A DNA stretch of 64,000 nucleotides from a virus (taxonomy: Duplodnaviria > Caudoviricetes): positions 14,591 to 78,590 of the IMG/VR virus record IMGVR_UViG_2802429351_000001; one strand, 5' to 3'. The translations under genes were made by a program, and so were the position numbers. The notes beneath the pieces were generated by a model. That model did not search any database and had not been told where the DNA came from. It worked only from the letters and a program-made list of their open reading frames with translations. Shown in pieces: positions 1 through 9,942 of this stretch; within the stretch, counting starts at the first letter, position 1, and each line of letters begins with the position of its first letter.

Positions 1-1
1 A

Positions 2-706
2 GATAGCTTAGGTAACCCCCCAGATGTATTTAAAGATACCGAAATATACAGGAATTTACTACAATACATAGTTACTTTTTATAAAATTAAAGGCACTATC
101 AAATCATACAAATTATTTTTTGCTATATTAGGGTTTGATGTAGAAGTAGAAGAATTACCACACCAAGATGATGATGTTTTCTATGATTCTGGGGCAATAT
201 ATGATACTGGCCAAGAATGGCATACCTATGATAGAAATTCATGTCTTATATGTTATAATTATAATATTAATATATGGCCCTCTAATAATAGGGATTTAAT
301 AATATCTTCCGATACTTTAGAAAAATTAAGAGAAGTTATAAAATTTAATGAACCACTAAATGCTCGGTTAGGAACATTTACTTCTACAATAACACTAAAC
401 TACAGTATAAATGTAATTAGTCCCAATACTATGGAGAACATAAAAGGTTCAATTAATACAATTAGGGTTAAGGGTAATTTTACTACTTTTGATGCAGAGG
501 TTGAATCAAGGTATGACAATGAAAAAGAAACTATATATTTTACCAGTATTCTAAAAGATGATGATTTTAGTGGTACTATAAATATATTAGAATTAAGAAA
601 CCCAGATATAGGGTACTTATTAGATAGTAAATCAGGATTAAATATATTAAAAGACTCGGAATCCCGGGTTAGAATAAATTGGGCAGTTAAATTAAACTTC
701 AATTAA
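2..706 (+). CDS. 5'-truncated baseplate wedge/tail protein
   Basis: Frame is open from base 2 (DSLGNPPDVF...YKIKGTIKSYKLFFAILG...) and runs into the 431..706 ORF of the track. The KGT motif is typical of P2 gpI-like wedge proteins. Confidence 0.55.
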   Translation, partial: DSLGNPPDVFKDTEIYRNLLQYIVTFYKIKGTIKSYKLFFAILGFDVEVEELPHQDDDVFYDSGAIYDTGQEWHTYDRNSCLICYNYNINIWPSNNRDLIISSDTLEKLREVIKFNEPLNARLGTFTSTITLNYSINVISPNTMENIKGSINTIRVKGNFTTFDAEVESRYDNEKETIYFTSILKDDDFSGTINILELRNPDIGYLLDSKSGLNILKDSESRVRINWAVKLNFN

Positions 707-707
707 G

Positions 708-1769
708 ATGGCACAAAAAAGATTTACAACTTACCGGGCAGCGGTTGAATCATTTCCTTTAGGTGAACAACACATAGGTATATTAATACCAGCTAGATAT
801 AAAGGTTATGACTCAATGACTACACCCGATAATAAAGATATAATAATATCACATTCAGATATTATACGTAAAACCGATAACCAAGGTGAAACAGTAGATA
901 ATTATGGGGTACTATTAATGCCAACAGGGATAGTAATACATGAAGAGGGTAGTATAAGTATTACTATGCCAAACGATACACAACCAGGGCCCACAGATTC
1001 AAAAATTAAAAAATTTCTATTGGTATGCGAACATAATTACCAACAAGTTGTTGGGGGGGTAGAGGCTAGTTATTTCTTTATAGCCTCTAACTCATTTGGG
1101 GAGAGTGTACCAAATTTATCAGATAATACTAAACAAATAGCTGTAGGTATAATAACTAAAAATTATACAGAAAATTCCTTAAGTTATGAACCAATTAAGA
1201 CACCTCTAATAGGTGATACCACTAACCAAGATTTATATAATAGAATAAAAGATTTTATAAATATACCAGATGTACCTGAGATACCTAATATAGGCGAAAT
1301 AGTTAAAAATATAATACAAAAAAATAGGAGTAGGATAATTGTAAGTCCCATTTTTGATATAGGGGAAGCAAGTAGCTTAAATACTTGGACAAGTATACCT
1401 TATTTATCAGAACCTGTATTAAATACTTCTACCGGGCATAATATACCAAAACATGATGTCTATATAAGGCACACAGTTATTGGGGATAATAAGGCTTATG
1501 TTGATGTAGAAATAACAAGGCAAGGTAGTATAACTAGTAGTGATATAGTATGGGATTGGGATTATGCAGATCTGATATCAATAAGTCTTATAAATTCCCC
1601 GGATAAAGGCAATGCTTTATGGACACCAATTGAGATATTAGGAGGAAATATAAGTGGTAAAAGGAATACAAATTCTGTGGTTAAAAGGTTCCAATTATAT
1701 GAAGGTGGGAACTTTGTCCAAGATTTAAGAATAAGGTTAGTTATACAAAATAAGATTATATCAACCTAA
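708..1769 (+). CDS. Tail/baseplate-associated structural protein (353 aa)
   Basis: Directly follows the wedge-like gene as last gene of the module; beta-rich composition; no catalytic motif seen. Confidence 0.4.
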   Translation: MAQKRFTTYRAAVESFPLGEQHIGILIPARYKGYDSMTTPDNKDIIISHSDIIRKTDNQGETVDNYGVLLMPTGIVIHEEGSISITMPNDTQPGPTDSKIKKFLLVCEHNYQQVVGGVEASYFFIASNSFGESVPNLSDNTKQIAVGIITKNYTENSLSYEPIKTPLIGDTTNQDLYNRIKDFINIPDVPEIPNIGEIVKNIIQKNRSRIIVSPIFDIGEASSLNTWTSIPYLSEPVLNTSTGHNIPKHDVYIRHTVIGDNKAYVDVEITRQGSITSSDIVWDWDYADLISISLINSPDKGNALWTPIEILGGNISGKRNTNSVVKRFQLYEGGNFVQDLRIRLVIQNKIIST

Positions 1770-1770
1770 T

Positions 1771-1805
1771 AAAAAAGCCCGGGACTCCCGGGCTTAGTTG
1801 TGTTT
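1771..1805. terminator. Bidirectional intrinsic terminator
   Basis: A6-AAGCCCGGG-ACT-CCCGGGCTT hairpin between convergent genes. Confidence 0.8.
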
Positions 1806-1813
1806 ATTGTTTT

Positions 1814-2482
1814 CTAAGAAAGTGAAAAGTTAGATAAAGGGTCTTTACCTTTAAAAAATTCTTGGGCTAATTCCGTGGTATCTTTAATTTCCTTTTTAAG
1901 TTTTTTGATATACCTATCTGTTTTACGTTTAGAACCTAAATCCAATCCCAAGTATTCACATAGTAAATTATTAGGTATCCTAGAATTATAATTGTTTATT
2001 CTTTCAATTATATAAGGTGGTGGGTTTAATTGTACTTGTAATAATAGATAAGCATTATCGGATAATTGTTTTTCCATAAAACTTAGGGCTAGACTATAAA
2101 AGATTTCTTTTACATCACTTGAATTATCTTTACTGGGTATTATATTGATTAATTCATTATCCCCTTCTAGATCAACAGTAGAATTATAAAATTCCCCTTC
2201 TTGTCCATAGGCTTTTCTTAAGATTCTATATTTGAAAGTTTTTAAAGAATTAATTATAAAACCTTTTAAAACGTCTTGGTCTTTATTGTCAAAATGTTTA
2301 TTAAAAACAAATATAAACTTATCATCAAACCAAGATTCAACAATATCAGGTGTAACCCCATACCTTCTACTATCAATTTGCCTAGCCAAACTCTTTCTTA
2401 AATTACTGGTTTCTTTGTAAAGTCTATTAAATAATTCTGGAGAATAATCAGATTTCATGGGTTTTAAGCGGTGAATTTCCAT
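1814..2482 (-). CDS. Putative phage sigma factor (ECF/sigma70-like)
   Basis: Region-2-like LFNRLYKETSNLRKSLARQI...ESWFDDKFIFVFNKHFD...KGFIINSLKTFKYRILRK and region-4-like QLSDNAYLLL...LLCEYLGLD...IKKLKKEIK; 222 aa. Confidence 0.6.
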   Translation of the reverse strand: MEIHRLKPMKSDYSPELFNRLYKETSNLRKSLARQIDSRRYGVTPDIVESWFDDKFIFVFNKHFDNKDQDVLKGFIINSLKTFKYRILRKAYGQEGEFYNSTVDLEGDNELINIIPSKDNSSDVKEIFYSLALSFMEKQLSDNAYLLLQVQLNPPPYIIERINNYNSRIPNNLLCEYLGLDLGSKRKTDRYIKKLKKEIKDTTELAQEFFKGKDPLSNFSLS

Positions 2483-2516
2483 ATAGTTAACATTTTATTA
2501 ATTAGCGTTTGAAATT

Positions 2517-2524
2517 CAAATATA
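2517..2524 (-). promoter_or_regulatory. -7 box (TATATTTG) upstream of the sigma-like gene
   Basis: CAAATATA on + strand, 34 nt upstream of the 2482 start; matches Bacteroidota TAnnTTTG; no GGTG element at the usual spacing. Confidence 0.45.
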
Positions 2525-2607
2525 ATATAAATTTTTGAATAATAAAAAGAGTGGGTTAAAAAAAGTCAAAGTACTATTGTATAATACATTTAAAACAAAG
2601 CAATTAG

Positions 2608-4041
2608 ATGATAAAACCGAAGAATAAGTTTGTTTTTACTGAGGAGTATCAATGGGATTTATTAAGGTTTACCGTCCAAGATAAATATGGGGAGAAAGCA
2701 TTAAATAAATATTCTGATGATTATTTCACATTAGTAGAACATCAGGTATTAGCCTATGCATTGAAAACCTATTATAAAAGGGAAAGTAAATTACCAGGTG
2801 AAACCATATTACGGGAAAGGGTACTAAGATTATTAAATTCTAAAGAGTATGCTTCTGTAGTAACAAAAGATGAACAAAAAGATATAATAGAATTAATAAA
2901 ACCTTTATATCACAAGCCAGTTAAAGATGGTAATGAGATATATACTATGTGTAAAGATTTTTCTAATTATATTAGATTAAAATCCGTTTTAGAAAACATT
3001 GATATACATGATTATTCACATTATAACCAATTTGCTAATCAAGTACAAAATGCTATAATTGATGAGGATGAAAAAGAAGAATTAGAAACATCATTCTTAT
3101 TAGGTAATATAAAGGAAAGACAATTTAAAAGACAACAAAATAGTTCTATATTCCCAACACCTATCAAACAATTAAATGCATTAACCAACGCTGGGGGCTA
3201 TGAAAAAGCCTCCATTCTAGTTTTACTAGATAAACAGAAAAAAGGTAAAACAATGGCTTTGGTTAATATAGCTAGGGGTTATCTTAAAATGAAAAAGAAA
3301 ATACTTATTATAGATTTAGAAAATGGTAAAGAAAATTATTTTTCAAGGTTAGAACAAAGTGTTATGAGATTAACTAAGAAAGAAATACTTTCCGGTGATT
3401 TCGATAATAAAGTTCAAAAAAGATTTAGGAAATACCATAGATTAGGTGGGGAGGTTGTTGTTGAAAGGATGCAACCACTTGTTACAACTACTAATGATAT
3501 AAGGTCTAAAATGGATACCCTTTATAAAGAATACGGTTTTAGACCTGATGTATTAATTATAGACTATGCTGCTAAGATGGGTTCTATATCCGGAAAAGAT
3601 GACGAAAGAAGCCGTATATCAGATGTATACCTTGATCTAGATGGTTTAGCTGTAGAATATGACATAGAACACATTTGGTCTGCTAACCACGTTACTAGAG
3701 AAGGTGCTAAGGCTAGGCAAAAAACTAAATACCAAGGGGAAGATATTGCTTTAGCTATAGATATTGTCAGGCATGCCCAGGCCATAATAGGTTTAAATAG
3801 ATCACCTATAGAAGAGGAAGCTGGAATATTAAGGATGGAGATTGTAGACCAAAGGGATGGACAACCAAATGGTAGAGCAGTATTTGATGTGGATATGGCA
3901 ACACAAAGGATGGATGAATTAAATAAAACAAGTAGAAAAACCTATGATGATGAAATATTTCCACAAATTATGTCTGGAGATGAAGATGATACTAAAACTG
4001 TAACCAAGAAAAAAGAAAGAAAAAGTGATTTCTCTAAATAA
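2608..4041 (+). CDS. dnaB: Replicative DnaB-like helicase
   Basis: Variant Walker A DKQKKGKT, LIIDLENG, Walker B VLIIDY, H3 HIWSANH, H4 IVDQRDGQPNG. Confidence 0.85.
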   Translation: MIKPKNKFVFTEEYQWDLLRFTVQDKYGEKALNKYSDDYFTLVEHQVLAYALKTYYKRESKLPGETILRERVLRLLNSKEYASVVTKDEQKDIIELIKPLYHKPVKDGNEIYTMCKDFSNYIRLKSVLENIDIHDYSHYNQFANQVQNAIIDEDEKEELETSFLLGNIKERQFKRQQNSSIFPTPIKQLNALTNAGGYEKASILVLLDKQKKGKTMALVNIARGYLKMKKKILIIDLENGKENYFSRLEQSVMRLTKKEILSGDFDNKVQKRFRKYHRLGGEVVVERMQPLVTTTNDIRSKMDTLYKEYGFRPDVLIIDYAAKMGSISGKDDERSRISDVYLDLDGLAVEYDIEHIWSANHVTREGAKARQKTKYQGEDIALAIDIVRHAQAIIGLNRSPIEEEAGILRMEIVDQRDGQPNGRAVFDVDMATQRMDELNKTSRKTYDDEIFPQIMSGDEDDTKTVTKKKERKSDFSK

Positions 4042-4975
4042 AAATATTAAAAAGAAATTACACCAATACCTAAAACAAAGATTAGGTATGTATGATTATA
4101 GAAGGGGGTGGTTAAAAGGCAATTGTCCATATTGTGGGGCCCATAAATTTGGGGTTAACCTAGGACAATCCCGTTCTAATTGTTTTAAGTGTGAAAATCA
4201 CCCCTCTCTATTCCAACTGGTAATGGACTTAGAATACCTATCAACCATACCTGAGGTATTAACTTACCTTAATACATTTGAAGGTGTAGATTTTTATGAA
4301 GAACTAGTTGAACCCCATGAACTAAAAAAGGATATAACTTTACCTGAAGGTTATCGTAATATTAAAAGGGGAAATAACACCTTAGCTAGAGCGGCAAGGA
4401 ACTATGTTAAAAATAGGGGTTTTGATATAGATTTTGTCTCATTAAAAGGGTGGGGTTATTGTGATAGGGGTAAATATTTTGGTTATCTAATTATGCCTTT
4501 TTACATGAAAGGCAAAGTTTGTTATTTTAATGCTAGATTATTTTTAGGTAATGGGCCTAAGTTTAATAACCCATTGGTAGAAGATTTCGGATTGGGTAAA
4601 AGTATGTTAATATATAATATAGATGCACTGTTTTTATATAAAACCATTTATGCTTTTGAGTCGGTTACTAATGCTACAACTATTGGTGATAATGCTATCG
4701 GTTTAGGAGGTAAAAAAATATCTACATGGCAAAAGAATATTATAATAAAATCACCCTGTGAAAAGGTTATTATAGGTTTAGATGATGATGCTATTGATGA
4801 TGCTATAAAATTAGCTTTTGAATTAGTTGATTATAAGAAAGTAAAAATATTAGAATTTCCTTATAAAAAAGATGCTAATGATATGGGTCGTAAAAAAACA
4901 TTAAAACTATCACACACATCTAGGTATTTAAAATATGGGGATATAATTACTTTAAAAAATAATATGTATAATTAA
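4025..4975 (+). CDS. dnaG: DNA primase (Zn finger + TOPRIM)
   Basis: CPYC...CFKC zinc finger, KFNNP, TOPRIM FES...A and IGLDDDA, KDAND. Confidence 0.85.
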   Translation: MISLNKNIKKKLHQYLKQRLGMYDYRRGWLKGNCPYCGAHKFGVNLGQSRSNCFKCENHPSLFQLVMDLEYLSTIPEVLTYLNTFEGVDFYEELVEPHELKKDITLPEGYRNIKRGNNTLARAARNYVKNRGFDIDFVSLKGWGYCDRGKYFGYLIMPFYMKGKVCYFNARLFLGNGPKFNNPLVEDFGLGKSMLIYNIDALFLYKTIYAFESVTNATTIGDNAIGLGGKKISTWQKNIIIKSPCEKVIIGLDDDAIDDAIKLAFELVDYKKVKILEFPYKKDANDMGRKKTLKLSHTSRYLKYGDIITLKNNMYN

Positions 4976-5844
4976 TGAGGGAACCAAGTCTACATATTCG
5001 GGAAAAAGAACTAGCACTAGTATTAAAAGATATAAAGAAATTCTATGATATAAATAAAATATCTACAGAAAAACTAGCTACCATTATATTAAATAAATCT
5101 AAAGGTAAATCTTGCAATAATAGGTTAGTGATTATTAGTAATGAAAAATTAAACAGGAAAACAAATCAGGTGCTTAAATCTAAAAAAGAAGATGCATCTT
5201 TGTTATCCAGTTTAATATATATGTTAAGGCAAAAGAAAAAACATAGGGGTATAACCCGGATAGACCAGGACCATAGGGATTGGCCCAAATTAAAAAAATT
5301 AGCTTTGGTTTGTTTGGATTTTTGTAATGATAACAATTTAGATAAAAAAGCTGGTTTCATTAGGTATCTACAAATAGGCTTAGATAAAATCACTTCATAT
5401 CGTAACTATATTGGTAAGTTATTGGATATGGCAGAAAGTATTAACCAGGAATACGAACTTTTACTCCAAATTCAAGATGACACTAATAAACCCGAGACCC
5501 AGGAAATACATGATTACTATGTTTCAAAAATATCCAAGAATACTGGGTTAAGTGAAAACTATAAAAATAAACCTAATAAATATATTAGTTTTATAAAGGT
5601 TAGGGAATTAACCGATGAATTAGATATACCCTTCGATATTTATATAGATGCCCAATTTGAGGCATTAGCCTGGGCTAATAGTTTCCCAGACCCTAATCAA
5701 TTAGTAGGTGATAAGGCTATGGAAAGGCTAAATAAATACCTGTATGAAAACAAAATCAGGAAAAAAGGCAAGAAAGAAATTAAAACCAATGATGAACTAA
5801 AAGATGCATTATTAAAACTAAAACTTAAAACCCGTAAGAAATGA
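4975..5844 (+). CDS. Hypothetical protein in replication operon
   Basis: 289 aa ORF translationally coupled between primase and SF2 helicase. Confidence 0.7.
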   Translation: MREPSLHIREKELALVLKDIKKFYDINKISTEKLATIILNKSKGKSCNNRLVIISNEKLNRKTNQVLKSKKEDASLLSSLIYMLRQKKKHRGITRIDQDHRDWPKLKKLALVCLDFCNDNNLDKKAGFIRYLQIGLDKITSYRNYIGKLLDMAESINQEYELLLQIQDDTNKPETQEIHDYYVSKISKNTGLSENYKNKPNKYISFIKVRELTDELDIPFDIYIDAQFEALAWANSFPDPNQLVGDKAMERLNKYLYENKIRKKGKKEIKTNDELKDALLKLKLKTRKK

Positions 5845-7295
5845 TACAGATACATATAGGTAATAATAATAAGGGTAAACTCATAGGACCCATAAAGAAA
5901 ATAGAAAAGATAAAGAAAAAATTCAAAGTTAGGAATCCTAATGCTTATTTTATTAGATTAAAGGGTAATGTTGATCCAGGTTGGGATGGGATGATAAACT
6001 ATATAACAGATTCAGATTATTTTAAAATAGGCCTTCTACCTTCGATTTATAATTATATAAAGGATAATTTAAATACCAAGGTTGAGATAGTAGATGATAG
6101 GCCGGGTTTTAGTAATATCAAACCGAAATATCCAAATAAAATAGGTGATCTAAAACCAAGACCCTACCAAGAGAATGCTATTAAAAAAGTTATATTTAAT
6201 AAAATAGAAGGGGTGAATTTCCCAATAGGGGTTTTAAATATGGCTACTAATGCAGGTAAGACTATGATTATGGCTGGTATCTACTTATCATATAAAAGAA
6301 AGATACCAGCCGTAGTGTTGATAAATGATGGGGATCTATTTGAACAATTTAAAAGGGAGATACCAGAATTACTTGGAGAAAAGGTTGGTTTCGTAAGAGG
6401 TAAAGAACAAAACTGGGAGAACTTTACGGTTATCATGGTTCAAACGGTTTCCCGGAATATATCAAAATATAGAAAAAAATTACACAATTTTGGTATGGTA
6501 TTAGTGGATGAAGCGGATTTAGGTACAAGTAAATCCTATACATCTATATTAAATAATTGTTATAATGCCCAAATAAGAATAGGTCTATCAGGTACAATCT
6601 ACATGAGTAAACTCAAAAAACATTTACCTAAACAACAAAACCTTAGAAGTTATTTTGGTGATGAATTATATAAGATATCTAAAAAAGAAATGCAGGATAG
6701 AGGTTATTCTACTAGGATAATTATTAGACTAGTGAGAGGTAATACGAAAGTACTACCAGGCCTCAAGGACAATAGGGATTGGAAACATGAATACGATAAA
6801 TTAATAACTTATAATGAGGATAGGATATTAACTATAGTTGATAGAATTAGGTGGAATGCAAAGATAGACAGGATACCAATTTTAGTTATAGGTCAATTCC
6901 ATGCCCATATAGAACTTATGTATTCTGTTATAAATAAAAATTTAGGAAAGAAGTATAGAATAGCATATGTACATGGGGGGGTAAATTCTAAAACCAGAAT
7001 TAAAATTCTCGAAAATTTTAGGGTAGGTAAGATTGATATATTAATATCCTCATTTATTATTAAAAGGGGTAAGAACCTACCACTAACAAAATTATTAATA
7101 AACGGGGCTGGTTCAGATTCACAGGCAACCGTGTTACAGTTAATGGGTAGGATAGAGAGAAAGGATAAAACTAAAAATAAGGCTTATATGGAGGATCTAA
7201 TGGATCAAGGTAAATATATATCCAGGCATTCAAAACATAGGGCTATGTACTATAAAAAGGAAGGTTTAAAAGTAATAGAAAATTATAAAAGGTAG
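5841..7295 (+). CDS. Superfamily 2 helicase (UvsW-like)
   Basis: ATNAGKT, DEAD, LSGT, HGGV, KRGKNL, QLMGRIER motifs. Confidence 0.9.
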   Translation: MIQIHIGNNNKGKLIGPIKKIEKIKKKFKVRNPNAYFIRLKGNVDPGWDGMINYITDSDYFKIGLLPSIYNYIKDNLNTKVEIVDDRPGFSNIKPKYPNKIGDLKPRPYQENAIKKVIFNKIEGVNFPIGVLNMATNAGKTMIMAGIYLSYKRKIPAVVLINDGDLFEQFKREIPELLGEKVGFVRGKEQNWENFTVIMVQTVSRNISKYRKKLHNFGMVLVDEADLGTSKSYTSILNNCYNAQIRIGLSGTIYMSKLKKHLPKQQNLRSYFGDELYKISKKEMQDRGYSTRIIIRLVRGNTKVLPGLKDNRDWKHEYDKLITYNEDRILTIVDRIRWNAKIDRIPILVIGQFHAHIELMYSVINKNLGKKYRIAYVHGGVNSKTRIKILENFRVGKIDILISSFIIKRGKNLPLTKLLINGAGSDSQATVLQLMGRIERKDKTKNKAYMEDLMDQGKYISRHSKHRAMYYKKEGLKVIENYKR

Positions 7296-7322
7296 TACTA
7301 TTAACAATATAAATAACTAGTA

Positions 7323-7712
7323 ATGGCTAAAAAGAAAAGAAAACCTAGAAAAGCTACTAAAGGAGTTGATATACTTAAACCCATAGATATCAACAAGTTT
7401 GGGACAAAAGATGATCCTTGTTTTGGTAAGGAATATGATCTTAGTACAGATGAGTGTTCTAGATGCGGTGATTCAGAATTATGTGCAGCAGTATTTGGGC
7501 AAACCACATTAAAGAAAACCCGAGATAAAGTAGAATCAAAAAATAGGTTTAAAGATAAAGAATTATTTGAAGATGATAAAAACCCGGCATTAACCAAATG
7601 GGTTAGGGATAAAAAAGAGGAGGGTTTAAAAAGGTCTGAGATTATAAAAAAGGCCAAGGCAACATTTGGAAGCACTCGGGAGGAGATAAAGAAAATTTAT
7701 AAAAATTTATAA
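7323..7712 (+). CDS. Basic Cys-rich hypothetical protein (possible Zn binding)
   Basis: CFGKEY...CSRCGDSELC cluster; Lys-rich termini. Confidence 0.6.
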   Translation: MAKKKRKPRKATKGVDILKPIDINKFGTKDDPCFGKEYDLSTDECSRCGDSELCAAVFGQTTLKKTRDKVESKNRFKDKELFEDDKNPALTKWVRDKKEEGLKRSEIIKKAKATFGSTREEIKKIYKNL

Positions 7713-7713
7713 T

Positions 7714-8370
7714 ATGGATTTTGAAAAAATAGGGAAGTTAGATCTAACCTTAGCCCAAATGGTAAAAGGTTATAAAGAAAATATCTTATGGTGTATTAAT
7801 GAATACCAGGAGTTATACAAAGAAATATTCTCATCTAGGGATGGTATAAAAAACAGTGAGAATTTTTTTACTGATCTAACCATAAAAAATATATACAAAC
7901 ATTATGGTTTATCTACCATATACCTAGCCAACATAATAGAGAGTACTGCATTAAGTATAGATAGCGACCTAATTCAGTATGTCTATAATTATGGTAATGC
8001 AAATAATCTCACACTACCTTCCAAAAACCAGGGTGTATTTATAGTGTTGGGGGATTATATGAATCAGATAAAGTTACTTAAACAAGAAGTTTTCCCTAAT
8101 TCCGGGTATAGTATAAATAGCCGAAAATATAAACCCATAAATATTACACAGGATAGAGTAGATTTTTGTAAGATCAAAGTAGTTGATAACCTTATATTCT
8201 TAGAAATGTTTTTTAAAGATTTAAAAAGAACCGAAAACAAGGATATCCATTACGATTATTTAATAGAAAGTTTATTACTATTAATATACATTGCAGATAT
8301 CATTAATATAGACAAAGAAATAGCACTAGATGAAACCCACGATAACCAACAATTACTGTTTGAATTTTAA
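7714..8370 (+). CDS. All-alpha protein, possibly a degenerate dimeric dUTPase/MazG-fold NTP pyrophosphatase
   Basis: Helical character (WCINEYQELYKE; LIESLLLLIYIAD) and position directly before two TS-fold genes. Fold assignment is weak. Confidence 0.3.
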   Translation: MDFEKIGKLDLTLAQMVKGYKENILWCINEYQELYKEIFSSRDGIKNSENFFTDLTIKNIYKHYGLSTIYLANIIESTALSIDSDLIQYVYNYGNANNLTLPSKNQGVFIVLGDYMNQIKLLKQEVFPNSGYSINSRKYKPINITQDRVDFCKIKVVDNLIFLEMFFKDLKRTENKDIHYDYLIESLLLLIYIADIINIDKEIALDETHDNQQLLFEF

Positions 8371-9130
8371 AACAAGCCAAGAAGCTTGGGAAGGATTAAA
8401 TGCTTTCTTTTTAAACAAATCCGAATTTATATTCAATAAAGGTTTAGGTGCTTTCGTTAGTGGCCAAGTTGTAATGTATGATGTAGATGTAAAAATTGAA
8501 GAACCAAAAGTATCCCCCGATTTTGATTTTGGTAATACTTTTGGATACCGTAAACAAAAATGGTCGGGGCTGGTAAATAATTACCTAGACCAAGAATCAC
8601 TTGGGAATTTTATAGGTAGGGTATTAGAAGCTGAGAATATTAAAAAACAAAAGAATTATAATATCTCTATGGCTTTCTCAAATAATCACGACCATGGTAA
8701 AAATTGTTTATTAAGTCTTACAGCTATACGTAGAAATATGTATGAACTACCTATCTTAAATTTTACACTAAGATCATCTGAGATTACCAAAAGACTATTA
8801 ATGGACCTATTACTTATACAAAGAATAGGGGAAGAGATATATCCAAACTTTACCATTAATATGAAGGTAATTAATATGTACCAGGACCCAGAAGCATTCT
8901 GTATGTTCGACAGTTTCAAACCTATAAAATCAATCTTAGAAATAGAATGTAAGAAAACACATTACCAAAAGAAAATAACCCGGATATTAAGAAAATTTAA
9001 AACAGTTGATATAAAAGAAATAAAATACAAGGTCCACAAAAGATGTGTAAGGCAATTACAAAGACCAAATGGAATACCCTTATCAGGTGATAGACCAATG
9101 TATGCAAAAGAATTAAAACTACCTAAATAA
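8330..9130 (+). CDS. Divergent thymidylate-synthase-fold protein A
   Basis: KNCLLSL (catalytic Cys position), RSSE in place of RSxD, Asp 11 residues after the Arg, no clear HxY motif. Confidence 0.6.
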   Translation: MKPTITNNYCLNFKTSQEAWEGLNAFFLNKSEFIFNKGLGAFVSGQVVMYDVDVKIEEPKVSPDFDFGNTFGYRKQKWSGLVNNYLDQESLGNFIGRVLEAENIKKQKNYNISMAFSNNHDHGKNCLLSLTAIRRNMYELPILNFTLRSSEITKRLLMDLLLIQRIGEEIYPNFTINMKVINMYQDPEAFCMFDSFKPIKSILEIECKKTHYQKKITRILRKFKTVDIKEIKYKVHKRCVRQLQRPNGIPLSGDRPMYAKELKLPK

Positions 9131-9942
9131 TGAAAACAAGGACAGTACAAATACAATTGTATAATACTATAGATTTTTTAGTAAAGTATGGGAATGAGGT
9201 AAAATCAGGTACATGGCAAGCCAATAAAGATTTCTCTAATGAGATCATGTTGGTTCAAAGAAATTTACAAATGGTTGTACCTTGTGGTGATGGATTAGAC
9301 CTTAATAAAATATGGGCTGATCAACCATGGGCAGAGGACCATTTTAATGAAAGGGTTGGGGGTATACCTACTAACCCTGGGGAGACATATAAATATTGGC
9401 CATACGCTAATTTCAAAGAGGGTGATGATCCCTACCAAGATGGCAAGGTATTTAGTCATACCTATCAAGAAAGGTTTTGGCCAAGGATTAGTAAAATTTT
9501 CCAATATCAATTAGAACCCCCAAAATTTGGTAGTGAATTGGTAAAACCAAAAGGTATAAGATATAAATATGGCGATTTACAAGATGTAATAAACCAACTA
9601 AAGGAAAACCCATTAACCAGGCAAGCTTATTTACCCATCTTTTTTCCAGAGGATACTGGGGCTGTTCATAAACAAAGGGTACCATGTACTTTAGGTTATT
9701 ATTTTTGGATAGAAAATAATAAACTATACATGAATTACATTATTAGAAGCTGCGATGCTCTTAGACACTTTAGAAATGACGTATATCTAACAATTAGACT
9801 ATTACAATATGTAGCAGAGAAATTAAATATTGGTTTAGGTGATACTACTTTTTATATCTTTAATTTCCATGTTTTCAAGAATGATTTATATGCTTTAAAT
9901 AAAAGAGAAAAAAAGATATGTCAAGAACTAACAATAGGATAA
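9130..9942 (+). CDS. Thymidylate-synthase-fold protein B, likely dCMP (hydroxy)methylase type
   Basis: TRQAYLPIF, RVPCTLGYYF, RSCDALRHFRNDVY, NFHVF. FRND matches T4 gp42 rather than ThyA LPFN. Confidence 0.8.
   Translation: MKTRTVQIQLYNTIDFLVKYGNEVKSGTWQANKDFSNEIMLVQRNLQMVVPCGDGLDLNKIWADQPWAEDHFNERVGGIPTNPGETYKYWPYANFKEGDDPYQDGKVFSHTYQERFWPRISKIFQYQLEPPKFGSELVKPKGIRYKYGDLQDVINQLKENPLTRQAYLPIFFPEDTGAVHKQRVPCTLGYYFWIENNKLYMNYIIRSCDALRHFRNDVYLTIRLLQYVAEKLNIGLGDTTFYIFNFHVFKNDLYALNKREKKICQELTIG

Noticed and set aside
9130-9942. Plain thymidylate synthase (thyA) annotation
   Set aside because: The specificity residue is Asp (FRND), as in dCMP-acting enzymes; thyA remains possible only if assays show dUMP activity.
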